64,000 nt of DNA from Phoronis australis (lineage: Eukaryota; Animalia; Phoronida), in contig NMRA01000368.1 of assembly GCA_002633005.1 (NCBI GenBank), positions 236,396 through 300,395 on the forward strand, given 5' to 3'. The notes under the pieces are model-generated. The model made no database searches, was not told the origin of the DNA, and was given only the letters and a program-made list of their open reading frames with translations. The position numbers and the translations under genes were made by a program. The stretch's first letter is position 1, and each line of letters starts with the position of its first letter. Shown here piece by piece: positions 21,390-34,311 of this stretch.

Positions 21390-24300
21390 GAGCAATTCCA
21401 TATAAAAACCAGATGGTGGGCTATAATATATATGCAAAATCACCATTTTTTTTGAAACTTAGCACATCAGCTGGCCATGTCAAAGAAGCCTGAGCCTGAT
21501 TTTTTAAGAGTTTTTGAGTTTTCTGAACCCTTTTTACGACCACTTTGTACTTTTTCTAAAAAATAGCAAATAAAAGTAGGTGACTTTTTGTCAGCAACAA
21601 CACATCATCGCTTCACGCTATTGAAAAAATAACTATATAGCACAAAGAAGAAAGAATAACATACAAGAAAAATTAGTTCGGATGGATTTATTGATTTTTG
21701 ATGTCTTCCCATTTTAGCCTACAAAAATGTCATTTTCACTGTTTATTATTAAGGCTATTTTTACGCATTTTTATCGCTCTCCCAAATCTATATCGGATTC
21801 TTTTGGAACATGAGTTAACTTCCGTCTGTTACTGCTGTCTTTGTTCAGCCAAACGCAAGAATAAAAAATTTTGTCTCTTTTTACATAACTCACTTACACA
21901 CTTTTCTGCCAATCTGTGACTGTCAGTTAGATTAAAAGACTCTAGGAGGAGCTACTCGATTGAGTAATTATCTGTCGACCAAGATGCCAAATAGAACAAA
22001 TATCATTCGTTTTGCTACATCAGTGACGAAGGAGATCACGGGAAGCTGTATGAGAGATTTTTTCTTCGCGGATTTTCAGTTTTGCTGGTGCAAAAATAAA
22101 AATCTATTATAGGATTACAGAACTCAAAAAAGTCAATTTTAATGTACTGTTGAGTTAATAATATAACCCCCATCACCATCTCATACTTCAGAGAAGCTGG
22201 TTTTATTCTTATTAAGGGTGCCCATTCCCCCTTGCTTGGTCAGTTTTTGAACTCCGTAATGGACTAAGAATCCCACGCACTACCTGCAGTGCATGCTGGT
22301 CCATGTTCAGACCTCCTGGACATGTCCCTGTATATGCGCTTGAAAAAGTCAACTCAAACTATATGCAAAGTTCGTACTAAAACTAATCAAGATCTTCGAG
22401 ATCACAAGTGAAAAGAGAACGGTGGATACGACCAGAAGTGTCGTGTTATGGGACACACAAAGGGTCACGCAATGCTTCTTGTACTACACAAAAGCGGCCG
22501 AGCATGGTGGCAGTGCGCCAATGGAATTTGCAGTTTCAGAAAAATAACAGATACGGATATTTACGATTGAAAACATAATACTTTCAGTTACCGGCTTTCC
22601 AAACCAGTATTTAAACAATTGGGTGTTGTTGCGACTTACCAGCTAAAAGTTTCATTATATGTAAATTCCGTTGATGCGGCGGACTCAAAACCACAGTTTT
22701 TTGAAAGTATGCTAGATTTAGTGTATGATGCATTTCCAAAAACACTTCAAAAAATCGCAAAATACGTCAAATCCATCCCTAAACGGGAACATGTCATTGT
22801 TTCTTTAATAGAAAGCTATTTAACAAATCCAATAAAAATCCGTCAAAGAACTTAGAAGTAAAAGAGGAAAACAAAAAAATGAAATTTCCACTAGGGGGCA
22901 CAGATTCATTGGAAAGTCATCGTCGTCCGTTGTTAACTTCACACAAGTACACTTACTAAAATTAATCAAGATACTGCAGTGGGTTTAGGAGATACAGCTA
23001 TGGGCGCAAAAATCAAAAATGCCACAGTAGTCGATGTCGTTGGAAAATCATCATTAACCGTCCTCTTCACACTAAGAACGTATATGCTAATTTTCAAAAT
23101 TATGCTTAGAGTGGTTTGGTTGGCAGAGCGGCGGACGCCAAAAACTGACTAGAAAACAATAAAAGTGGCCCCTAGATGGCGTAAAATATGTCAAATCCTC
23201 CAAAAACACCGTTTCTGTAATAGAAAGCTGTTTAGCAAATTTCATAAAAATCCATTAAGGAACTTCAGAGAAACAGGGGAAAACGGAAAACATGAAATTG
23301 CCACTAGGGGGCACAACGCTTGTTGGATCCGTCTGAAAAATGTCTGCGTCCGCTGTCAACTTCATATCAATACATTATTGCTAAATTCAATATAGACCCT
23401 GCAATGGGTTTAGTAGAAACAGCCATGGGCGCTACAAAAAACAAAACTGCCACTAGGAGGAGTCAAAGTAGTCAAAGTCGTCGGAAGGTTATCGTCAACC
23501 CTTCTCTTCACACTAAGAACATATATGCCAATTTCCACAATCATTCTACGGATGGTTTCTTTGATAGAGGGGCAGACTCGAAAACAGTAAAAATGGCCAC
23601 TGGATGGAACAGAATACCTCAAATACATCCGAAAATGGGAGGATAACGCCATCTCCCTAATAGATGGTTACATGTATGTGCCAAATTTCATGAAAATCCG
23701 TTGAGCTTTGAAGATACAGAGGTAACAAAATGTATAAAACTAGGATTGCCACTAGGGAGCACACCAGTTGTTGGATCCGTCCTAAATTTGTCGTCATCTG
23801 TCAGGTGAACTCATAAAAACCCGTGTTTTATTCAGAAACTGATGAGGTGCACATCTGAATACGACTGACCGACAAGTCAGAGATGACTGCATGGCAAAAA
23901 GTACCGCACTGAATAAGTGGAAAATTATGATCAACTGCCATTACAATTTTAAAGGGAAGTGAACTGTATTGTCATTATTTGAGTCGTGGGGTATAATCAT
24001 GAATGGAGCTTATTTCCATACTTAGAAAATATTTTGACGTAAATATTAAAGTACAAATTACGGCAAGCAATCACCTCAGGAATGGTCGCCATCATTGCTC
24101 TGGCATAATCTACTACTGTAGCTTCAATGGCGATCCGAGCAGACTAGTGGAATGGCAAATCTGGTGACAATTTCACCAGCTGTCACAAGTCATATGTACT
24201 AAAGATGTGTATAAAGATGGGTCACCTTTTGTACAAGTATGGTAATACTTTTTCATGGTCTTTCGGTATAAAGATGGGTCACACCATTGAACCATTTGAA

Positions 24301-25669
24301 TAAATATGGAACACAATTTTCAGATTTGCAATATATAACATGTTTGCAATTTCCAAAGCCCAGCAGCCCACCTTAACCCGATAACCGGATAGGCCTATCA
24401 GGTGTGTGCACCTGTGGGCAGTTAGTAGGTCGAAAGTTGTCAGCGAGAGCTAATACAATATTCTGAACTGAAGTCATGGCCAACAGTTGTGATAAATATG
24501 AAGTAACTTTTTAACAATTGCTACTAATATCTTACTTGCACCAACAGGGACTAACAAATCAAACTGGCGAAAAATCTTTTGTGACATGCAAAAGTCATCG
24601 CCCCGTTCAATTTTCCGCTTCGTTCTAGCTGTGTGTTCTGGATAACAGCACGTCAATTTTTGTCTAAAGCCAAGTTCAAACTCACGTCGATGTAAAACAT
24701 ATAACGGCGCATATCCATTGGTTTGCCAGCCCAGCCTCCTCTCTCCAGCTCTGGCAAGAATCAACTGTAATTCCGATATACTTTCAAACTTCTGTGGCAC
24801 TTTGCACGACCTCAGATGACTTCTGACGTCTTTAACACAGCTAATGAAGGCAACATTTCCTCCGCGATCCCAATTTAGTAACGAAAATTGACCAAATGTA
24901 CAAGAAGGAAATTCCTCCCTATTCTTTGCAGTGACAGAAAGAGCATGTAATTTTGAACCCTAAAGTGCTATTGCTAAAGTTAAACAGAGTGTTTCAGAAA
25001 ATTGGGGTCTCAAAAGTGAAACTTAAATTTTTGTGATATTGCATTGTTGATATTAGATCAAATATTTTAGGTGACATCTCTGAACTAAAAGAGTAGCCTC
25101 AATTCTCTTGTCAGTCAGAGTAAGGACACATCACAAAAATTCCCAAATTCGAGGGCTACGTTTAGCACTAAATATATAAGAGACAAGTTTTTTTAAAAAA
25201 AATTATCAAAGATCAGTCTTAGAACTGTCTACACAGAGAATTTCGACTTCAAATATATTCCGATATAGCAGGCAGGTTAAGCAACACCTTGCCACTTGTG
25301 ACTGACCTGAAAAGTGGTCTCGGAGTTTTCTCCCCTGCTGGAAATTTAAATGTAACTATGAGTTTCAAATTTCATTTTCTCACTAACCTTACATGAGTCC
25401 TTATGAACATTAATGTCAAACTTTGTCACCAGTTTTCCAAGTTTGATCTTTTGCCGTTCCTAAAGTGCAATTTTACTGACATGAAAATGCAAAATAAGCC
25501 TTTATAGCCAAATAGGTCATATCTCGGTAACCAAAGGTCATTAAGTGCAAATATTGCAGCAGTGTACTTTGGGCCAACATCCCAACACATGCACAAAATA
25601 TTAGCTCTGTATGAATTTTTGAGTATATAGTGATTTTTAATTTTCATATCGTTTTATATGGAATCATTC
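21390..25669. mobile_element. Possible degenerate TTAA-flanked DNA transposon (Sola3-like termini), with nested repeats
   Basis: TTAA|GAGCAATTCCATATAAAA at the left and TTTTATATGGAATCATTC|TTAA at the right; decayed minus-strand Cys-containing coding remnant near 24474-24800. Confidence 0.4.
22870..23800. repeat. Complex tandem repeat (about 2.2 units of ~415-450 bp) with recurring CCACTAGGGGGCAC-like motifs
   Basis: Units share atgaaatt.ccactagggggcac, gcaatgggtttag..ga.acagc.atgggcgc and ctcttcacactaagaac.tatatgc.aattt. Confidence 0.75.
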
Positions 25670-26979
25670 TTAAAGTAACCCTTTCCTTTACATTCAAAAA
25701 TTTAAAGAAAAAACGAAACGTAGCTGTGAATCTGCAAACAATTATTGGCCAATTGTATCTCTTTTAGTTTCATTCATTACTTCAAATCAAATATAGTGCG
25801 CGTCCTAAAACAGGGGCTGGTGCACGCAAAAACGGAAATATGACACAATTTGTCATTACGTCCTTCGTTTCGTGGTGGCAGACAAGGTGAAATATAGAGA
25901 ATCGTACACTCGTCTCACGTTTATGACATGAGCAAAACCCCTTGGAAATTTCTCACATGAACCGTAAAAACGCGTCTTCTTGTCAAAAAACTCGACGTGT
26001 CTATAACTTTTAACCACGTGACGCAACTTTCGTAAAAACATGCTTGCGCAATGTAAAGTGAACTCAGTTAATTTTTGAGTTGGGATTAGTCTCCGTTTGA
26101 ATGAACGTCAGGCCCGTAGCCAGGGGGGTTCGATATAGCTAGGCTATATACAACTGTAGCAGCGAGAGAGCTCCTAAAAAGTAGTGCTGTGTGAATGTTT
26201 TCACATCGACCTGCTAGCATAGTACGGTTAAGTGCAGGCATTTTCAAATTTGTAATTGAAAATTGTCGTCAAATATGTTGTTCATAGAGTTTTCACTTTG
26301 TGGATTGGTAGATTGACATGCCTGCGTGTACACGAGTGTGCGTTTCCATTCTTTTAAATTCAGTGCACGCCGACGGAAAGTTCACTATAGACAGTCCTCC
26401 GTCGTTGCTCAAAAAACAGACATTTAACTGACGTGTTTTGTTAAACTTAGAAAGCCCTGACGAGCATGTTCAAATTATTAGGGAAAAGTAGGTCGAGATC
26501 TAATAAAAAGTTTGGTCAATGAAGAAAGAGTTCTCTCCTCAATCAGTGCCTATGGTCTCGTAGCCTTCATATGAGCAAAAAAACTAGATGGAAAAGATTT
26601 CCAAGGTTACGTGTCACTATTCCGACAGTTCATTAGCCTACTCTGTGACTCTGATTGTTTGCTAATGAGTCGGAACTGACATGGATAAAGTATTGTATTT
26701 TTACTTAGTAACCATTTAAAAGGTGTGCAAATGTTGACTAGTTCTTAAAACTTTTACAAATGATCTCAGTTCCAATCATAGCCTTGGTACAAAGCTGTAT
26801 ACTAAATATACAGCTTTGCGCCGATGTGGGTAAAAAGTGTCAAGATAAAATCTGACACAAAAGTAGTGTCGTCAAAACCTACAGTCCTGCTTGAGTAAAT
26901 ATAGATTATTACATGTTCTCAGTCCTTATCCCCCGTATTCTAGAGCCCAAGTGGATTTTGGAGAATTATTGTCCGAGGT

Positions 26980-27330
26980 GCGTCCTTACATCTTTCGCTG
27001 CTTAGACGCAAGTTTCGACGAAGAAAGCCCACAGTTGTATTTGCTTTTTTATGATGTTGCTTATGTGGGACGACCATTTGAGGTCATGTGATATGGCAAG
27101 GCCCAAATATTTAGCCTCCTTGACCGACTTTAGCGCGTGTGATTGTGGACTACATAGGTGGTGGACTGGATCTGTCGTTTTCTGGTCAGACAGAGGGAAC
27201 TACTGTTGTCCGGGTGGAAAGCCACATGTCCCTCTTCAGAAGACTATATAGATCTTTCTGCAGAGCGGCTCTATGTAAGCGGCTGAGTTGGCAATGTTGC
27301 AACTTATTGTATCGTCTGCAAATAGTCTAG
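26980..27330 (-). mobile_element. Non-LTR retrotransposon (CR1/L2-group LINE) reverse transcriptase fragment
   Basis: The minus strand reads RLFADDT..., LQKDL..., KEAKYLGLAISHDLKWSSHISNIIKK..GFLRRNLR, with frameshifts. Confidence 0.85.
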
Positions 27331-27379
27331 GCAAGCACTTAGCTCCGGTAGGTGTACATGTAGGTCTGTTTCAAAAGTT

Positions 27380-28260
27380 AAATTAACGCATGGAATTGGC
27401 CGTAATTCCGTGCACCATAAAGACATTTAAGGCCAACCGTCTGAAGGAACTTCATATTTTTTTGTAGTTTCATGGCATAAAAGTAGTTTGCATTTAATTT
27501 TAAACGTACCATGATCACTAAGCTGTGATATGGTAACAAAAGATGACATGTCTGGTGTAGTGGCAAAAAGTGTCCATTTACAAAAATAACTAAAATTGTT
27601 TTTAAAAGCTTCATAAATCCACGTATTGTGTTTGAACAACTAGAAAATGAGCTCCCCTTAACTCTACAGGCGAAGTGTATTCTAAAGGTTTTCATGACAA
27701 TGTAATTCAACTGTTTATTTTTTCGTGACAACAGATTCGAACGAGGCCTTGAGTTCAGTAATCTAGCGCCCTCCCAGAATGTACCAATTTTGGTGAGAAG
27801 TTCAGTTGAACACCAGCCTACGGGTATATTATATGAATAACAAAAATGTACCTGTACTACGAAACAGAAAGATGTCCATTGTAGGCCGAAATAAATGAAA
27901 AACAATAAAAATGTCCTTAAGAACAACTTTCCGGGGACTACCTAGACCAGTCTTGGGATATCCAGCAGATAAAACTCCGGAGTCAAATTCAGATAGGCCT
28001 ACAGTACATGTATAGCCACCAAACTGAGAAGTACGTATCTTGTAACAAATATATTTGTATTTAACCTTCGAGAAATCCAGCAACATTGTTAAGTTTAGGT
28101 GATCGTGTGTCGTGCGGTCGTCCACACACTTTGACCCATCCTTTACACAGTCTACAACACTTTTCGGCTTAGGGAATAATCAAAAAGTAGCGGGATATTC
28201 TTCTCGAGCTGTATAACGGGGGCCAGAACTACACACACCATATCAACACCGTCTCACCAT
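27380..28260 (-). mobile_element. Decayed THAP-domain DNA transposon gene (ISL2EU/Harbinger- or P-like)
   Basis: From ATG at 28260 on the minus strand: MVRRC*YGVCSS..RY...LFPKPK...WVKVCGRPH...YIC, a THAP zinc-finger pattern with stops and frameshifts. Confidence 0.7.
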
Positions 28261-28737
28261 TCGTATCGCGCATTTTTTTAGCTATAGACTAAAATAAGCT
28301 TTAAGGACAACGACATCGTTTGTCGGGTAAAATGGAGGCTTGGGAAACGAAGACGAAGGTGTGCCAAGAATGCTGCGTTCTGATTGGCCAAGCCGTCAGT
28401 CATAAGCCTGGCTATAGGTCAATTAAGCTGCGTCAAAGGCCTTACAAAAAACTCTAGTGTCGACATTTCCAAAGGTCTGCCTTTCTAGAAATTCGAACGT
28501 GGATATAATACGGAATTTGCCGTTGAAGATGCGTTCGTTGAAGAAGTTGTGTACATGTCTTTCCGACTGGGACTAGTACGTGCAGTTACGACACCTGACA
28601 ATGTCACCTTCACGGACTTCCGGCATTGTTTGGCTAGCGCGCGTTTGGTTGTTGGTATTAGTGTTTTGCAGGCGATAAACTGAAAGGCGTATGAATTTCT
28701 ACTTTGCACAGCTTTGTGATTAGCACATGTAATATAT

Positions 28738-29610
28738 ATAGATTATTACATGGCGAAGTCGTTATCCCCCGTTATCTAGAGCCCGAGTGGATTTTGGAGA
28801 ATTATCGCCCGAGGGGCGTTAGCCCCGAGGGTGATAATTCTCCAAAATCCACGAGGGCTCTAGATAAGGGGGATAACGGCTGAGAACATGTAATAATCTA
28901 TTTATACCACATACTAAACGAGAAACATTGCAATGAATCGATTTACCTTTTCTGACTCTCCACGGCTTTGTAACTACTTTCTATGTCAGAGGCCCGGGGT
29001 CGGAGGTCGTGACCTTTTAAGAAAAGCCGAGCTATTTTTGTCAAATAATGCTTATACTCAAAACCAATTGGAAATTAAAACAAAATAGAAATGAAGTGAA
29101 TCTCTAAATTAAGGTTAAGCAACTATTATAACTTAGAACACGTTTTTTACACGCTAAGCTTCGACCGGGAAATTATCGTCTGCTAAAGTAGGTTACCACT
29201 GGTAACTGAATATAATTCTCAAGTCAATGATCCTGACGACACGATACCCGCATTCAAACTGGAGATCGGTGATTTACAAGTAAGAGGACATGAGAGAAAA
29301 ATTTCACTGAATTAAGATATCATTTTTATGGAAATTATGTGTCTTATTTTTCGTAACGTATAAGTACAGTACAATGCGGTTTGTTGAACGTGCGATTATT
29401 GCGCGTGCTCATTTAAGTACTCTATTTTCACTCTTGATGACGTCAGTCGCTGCGTGGTGTAGTGGTTAAAGACGGCGATCAGCAATACCAAGGTCCCGGG
29501 TTCGACTCCGTTCTCGGTTTCCCGCCAAATCGTTATCTCACTAGTGAGATAACTTTATGGGTTATTACACGGTTTTATCTGCCATTTGACGCTAATATTG
29601 TGGTATAATA
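28738..29610. mobile_element. Non-autonomous element with a 164-bp terminal palindrome, internal inverted repeat TATACCACA/TGTGGTATA and a tRNA-like segment
   Basis: Hairpin at 28738-28901; an inverted half copy at ~26899-26978; perfect 22-bp palindrome at 29532-29553. Confidence 0.65.
29447..29517 (+). other. tRNA-derived (SINE-head-like) sequence; not a functional tRNA
   Basis: A-box TGGTGTAGTGG and B-box GGTTCGACTCC at tRNA spacing, with poor acceptor and anticodon stems. Confidence 0.65.
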
Positions 29611-29839
29611 AAAATTACGTACTCGGTGTTCTTAACCAGCCGTGTCGTAACACATTCCAGCTCATGCTGTACGTAGTTTATGAATTAAACGTGACATTTA
29701 TCACTGATAGGACTTCACTTAATATTCATTTTGTTGAAACCATCGAATGCGGGGGATGTCGAAAACACATAATCAAAGCTTGAAAACCCGCTGACTTTTA
29801 AGCAAAAAACGATTTCAAATATTTTTAACAAGAAAGTGT

Positions 29840-30228
29840 AAGGTCAACTGAATGGGCAATTAAACGTGAAATAATTAGATTATTCCTTGTGTTTCGGACA
29901 ACAAACCTGAAAATTGTACAATTTGTTTTTTATAGCAACGTATATCAAAATGTATTAGAGTTAAATCTTCACCGATTACAAAATACATGTAGGTGATTGA
30001 ACGTGTCTTTCAATTCCTCGAAATCGCCTTTTTGTCGGTGCCACTGGAGACGTGTCAAACGGTAATTGTGAGCACTTAAATCACTTAATATGTAATCTTT
30101 GCGCGACTAAAGTCTGGTGAAAACCGTTGAATGACACAGAATAGTAGGTAAAATGTCTCACTAAATTTCACTGTAAAATTTTAGTAAAAATTATTTTTTA
30201 AAAACTCGTAACTTATGCCGCTGTTCCC
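29840..30228 (+). repeat. Dispersed repeat, copy 1 (non-autonomous DNA transposon end; copy 2 at 46921-47325)
   Basis: Collinear shared blocks: gttaaatcttcac, ttgtcggtgcc, aattgtgagcac, cagaatagta, aaactcgtaacttat.ccgctgt. Confidence 0.8.
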
Positions 30229-31231
30229 AAGGGCGGCGCAGCAGTGAAAAAAGTGGGGCTATTCTGTTATTCCTCTTCAAATGCCAACGCCAGTTAAATT
30301 AAAACTATGATATTTAAATTCGCGAGAAAACGCTAGAACTTTTGACACAAATCAGTGGAGAAAATCTACCGACTCGGTGTTGCATGGTACACGTTTCACG
30401 TAAGTAACGCATTTTCTGAAGATAACCGAAGTTGACATTTTCTTGTTCTCAGAATGTTGTGGGGCAACTGGGAGCATTTTTTAAACGAAATATACACGAA
30501 TTGCGGAATGAAATAAGAAAAATATGGTTCATGAAGAAGCTTTATTCATAGTCACGACGTGTGTATACATGTACATCTTAAGAACAACAAATTAGGTCTC
30601 AGTCTATCACTGTAAGTTTTTGTTGGACCTTACTGACTAGTTTTTGAATTTGGCAAAATATGTACAAAACTACAGAATTTAACTTCGTGAATGAGAACAT
30701 TTTATGAAAGTAGAAACTATAGATGTAACTATAACCACTTAGGTGTGGTGATCATGTCTTTTTAATAAAAGTTAAGTAAAAGAAAACTCCTAGCTAAACA
30801 GCGTGAGTGGGTGGTGTTAGTCTGGCGGTTTTGCCCCCTCTCGGGGGCACTCCTTGTTAGTGGGGCTGCCTCACTCATCATTTCCAACTTGGTTATGGAT
30901 GGTATTGCTGCTCTAAACTTTGGTGCAATAAATAAAAACGAGTCGTCTACAACTCGATAACTTTATTTCTGTGATCGTATTGTATCGGTTTCCATCGATT
31001 CGTATCGTTTTGTATCGTATCAGTGAGTCGTATCGTAACACATGTACCGCTTATCTGAAATGTTACAAAAGCAAGCGGTCCAAGTTATGCGGAATGAATT
31101 AACTATATCATCACGATATCGTTACACTTTGTAGATACTCTATAGCTATTATCTAATAACAAATCTAAGTCAACTCAAACAATAGTCTGCATGCAGCGTC
31201 AAACACTAACTAAATAAATAAAAAGGGGTGG

Positions 31232-31524
31232 CAGGGGCGGATCCAGGATTTTGAGTTAGGGGGGCCAGTGCATAAGAATAACCAAAATTTTGGCAGATGC
31301 GCGCGCCCTAAAATGTAGGGATGCAGGGGTCTCAAATTTTTGGGTTTGGGGACCTGTTGACCAAAAAATAAAAGAGGAAACAGCGTTTGTTGAGGGCCTA
31401 TGCATTGTTTAAAACCCCCGAGCCCCCCTGATTGTGCGCATGTGCTAGTCAGCAATTCTCACCCGAACTGCCAAATGGTATCTGGTAGAATTTTAGGGGG
31501 GCATGCCCCCCTAAATCCGCTACT
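31232..31524. mobile_element. MITE with CAGGGGCGGATCCAG / AAATCCGCTACTG ends
   Basis: Imperfect TIRs and G/C-run-rich interior. Confidence 0.6.
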
Positions 31525-32039
31525 GGGTTAATTAAGCTGTGAGTTATCCCGAGACAACGCCCTAAAATATACTCGACGCACTATGAGATCAAGAACGCCA
31601 CCTCTAGGATAACTGGGAAAACACTGTGTACACTGTCTGCATTTACAAATGGTTGCGCGCATTCAAGGGGGCTCAGGGGGCTCGAGCAAGCCCGTCATTT
31701 GACCAAGTGGACAAAAAGGTCCGAATTATTTCATTGCTCAAAACTTCGACTACATTTTTGTTTGCGAGCTTGATACTGTTACGTTGCCGGGTAATTTCGG
31801 AACAGTCTCCTTTCTTCTGGTGTGCAGGTATGAATTGTAAAACACCGAGAGACGTAACAAACAAACACTTAAATAAAAACACTATATTTCGTGACCGCAA
31901 AAGGTAGGCAAAGAGTGGAATGAACTTATCACAGGTTATCAGTTCGAACCGGAATACAGTGATCAAGAAATACAAGAGAGGCGCCGTGAACATGCACAGG
32001 CAAAGGAACGAAGGCCTATATGGTGAGTTGTTTGAAAAG

Positions 32040-32220
32040 CCGGCATACGGTCGGACTCACTCGTTGTCCAGTCGACGACTGCCAGCCACAGACACGGCCT
32101 CATACTTGCTATTAACAGCGTACTTTTCATTCTTCACTACCGCGAGCCACTTCCTAAGCATTTCGGACTCTCGAGGAAGTCGAAAGAACGATATACCTGC
32201 CTCCCGTTCAGTAACGCTAG
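32040..32220 (-). mobile_element. THAP-domain-like fragment of a DNA transposon
   Basis: The minus strand reads EREAGISFFRLPRESEMLRKWLAVVKNEKY, matching the THAP FxxP...W pattern. Confidence 0.5.
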
Positions 32221-33159
32221 GACCTCGCTAAAAAGCAAGACTTCGCGAGATTACGTGAGATATAGCCGTGCATGTTAAATGAGAGCACGTGACTTTGACT
32301 AGGTTTTAGCTAGGTCCTAGCGTAGGTCCTAGCGTCTACTGAACGCACGCCCGCTTTCCTCGCAGCTGCATTGTTTGGACACTGCGGGAACCGTATGCAC
32401 CGCGACACATAGCGGCATTCACTCTGCAAATGAGCCACAGACGTCGCTGCGTCGTTTCTCATCTTCCTCACAGGTTAACGGGACACCTCTCAGCAAGGAA
32501 AGTTCGAGCGTATGCGAGGCGATGTGAATACACAGGCGTCCCCAGCTTCTGATCGTCCCCAGTACACTATATATAATACTACAAGGTATGACACTCCCGA
32601 CCAGAAATTACACGGGTGCTCCACTTCAGCCGTCCATATCAAACTCAAAACTCAATAAATTTATACAAAACAGGGTTTCAACAAACCATTACTTATTGTT
32701 CTTTCTTCTAATACCATTCACGGTGTCTTGCTCCAGCGAGATTGCAACAAATTCGCGGTCAAAGCACAAAAATGTTCCCAAAAAGCTCACGCATCGAGCC
32801 TCCTTGGACGGTTCGAGGTCAAGGACGTTTCAGCAGTTCAAAACACTGGTTAGTGGTGTCAATTTATCTCTTGATTTCATCGTTTAACACCAAAAATCAT
32901 CAAACTTCGTTGAACCCTTAAAAATATACCGAGTTCTTATAAAAACTTGCTGTTTTATTTCGCTGTTACGGATTTATTGGTATTTGGACACACCGTAGCC
33001 TACAAATGAGTTCGGCAGGCCAATTTACCAAGGTCCGTATCAGGAGTTTGGGGTCTGTCCGGAGATACGGACTATTCTTACGTGAAATACAGACAGGAGA
33101 ATCTATATCTGTGTTGATTATATACTTGTGATTTTTGAGTTGTACACAAAACGCTTGTT

Positions 33160-33262
33160 ATCCCGGCCAGTGGCTCAGAATCCGATCAGACCCGTCGCGG
33201 CCGGACTGATCTCGTTAGATCCCGGCCAGTGGCTCGGAACCCGATCGGCCCGTCGCGTCCGC
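33160..33262. repeat. Tandem duplication of ~58 bp (atcccggccagtggctc.gaa.ccgatc..cccgtcgcg), GC-rich, possibly a TE subterminal repeat
   Basis: Two copies starting at ~33160 and ~33219. Confidence 0.75.
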
Positions 33263-34311
33263 AGGGACTGGCACGAACAGCTTGAGTTGGAAACTAAAGC
33301 TCCAGTCACCAAAAGACTATAATAGTGAGCCAAAGAAATAATGTGCACGTAATCATTTAGGTGAATTGGCCACGAAAAATCTACTTACTTGTCGGAGGCC
33401 GAGATATCGGCCCCTAGCTTCCACAGACCGTCAGGGCAAAGGCTGTACAGTAGGCCTAACAATGATTTGAATAACGTATTTGTATTTCTAAATAAAGATT
33501 CCCCTAACATGTGACAATAGCATATAAAATCAAGTAATTGTTTCACAACAGCTTCTGTCAGTAAACACTGAATTAGCATGCGCTCACACGGCCTCGGTGC
33601 CCGGTCAGTTACCTTTGTTGACGGCATCAAAAGTCGGCAACGCAGTCGTTTATTCATTGCTGGCTTCTCAAAACATTTGCACTCACGAGCACTCCAAGGC
33701 ATTACAAATTGTATCTAATGAGACATACTTTGTTTCAGTTTCTGATAAGCATTGGTTAGGATCATTTTAGGGTGAGAATAATTCATTTTGAAACAGAACG
33801 CAGAATAATAAACTTGTACATGGCAACTCGCGAAAAGGCCACGCTTCTTTTCCCCGCTACGCCACCGGAAAAGCTGGGGTCTGTGCGCGCGCAAGGAGGC
33901 CAAGTAGGTGACATCCACATTAACCTATTTATTGCCGGATGCTCTATGTGACCTCCCTCTGGTTTCCTGCATTGCTGAGACAGAAACTCAACTGCGATTT
34001 CAAGCCATTATTTAGCGAAAATCTACCTGCCTTACTACTTCTACTGCAAAATTACTCGATTGTGCTCATTATTATTGTGTTCAGGATTCCTGTTGTGTAG
34101 TCGTAATTACCTTGTTGTGCATCATCTTTCAGCTTGAGAGTCATTTTTGGCTCGTTTGATTTAATTGTGTTTTAAAGGCTAGAATAATTGTTTTGTTGCC
34201 TTGGTAACTACTTATAAGTTATTGTTTCCATAGTATTTCTGTGTATTAGTTGATTCTATTATAAGTTTTAGACTTTCAGACATCAGATCAGCTTTGAAAA
34301 ATCAGGTCAGA

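Noticed and set aside
29447-29517. Functional tRNA gene
   Set aside because: A and B boxes are present, but the acceptor and anticodon stems do not pair; it is SINE-like.
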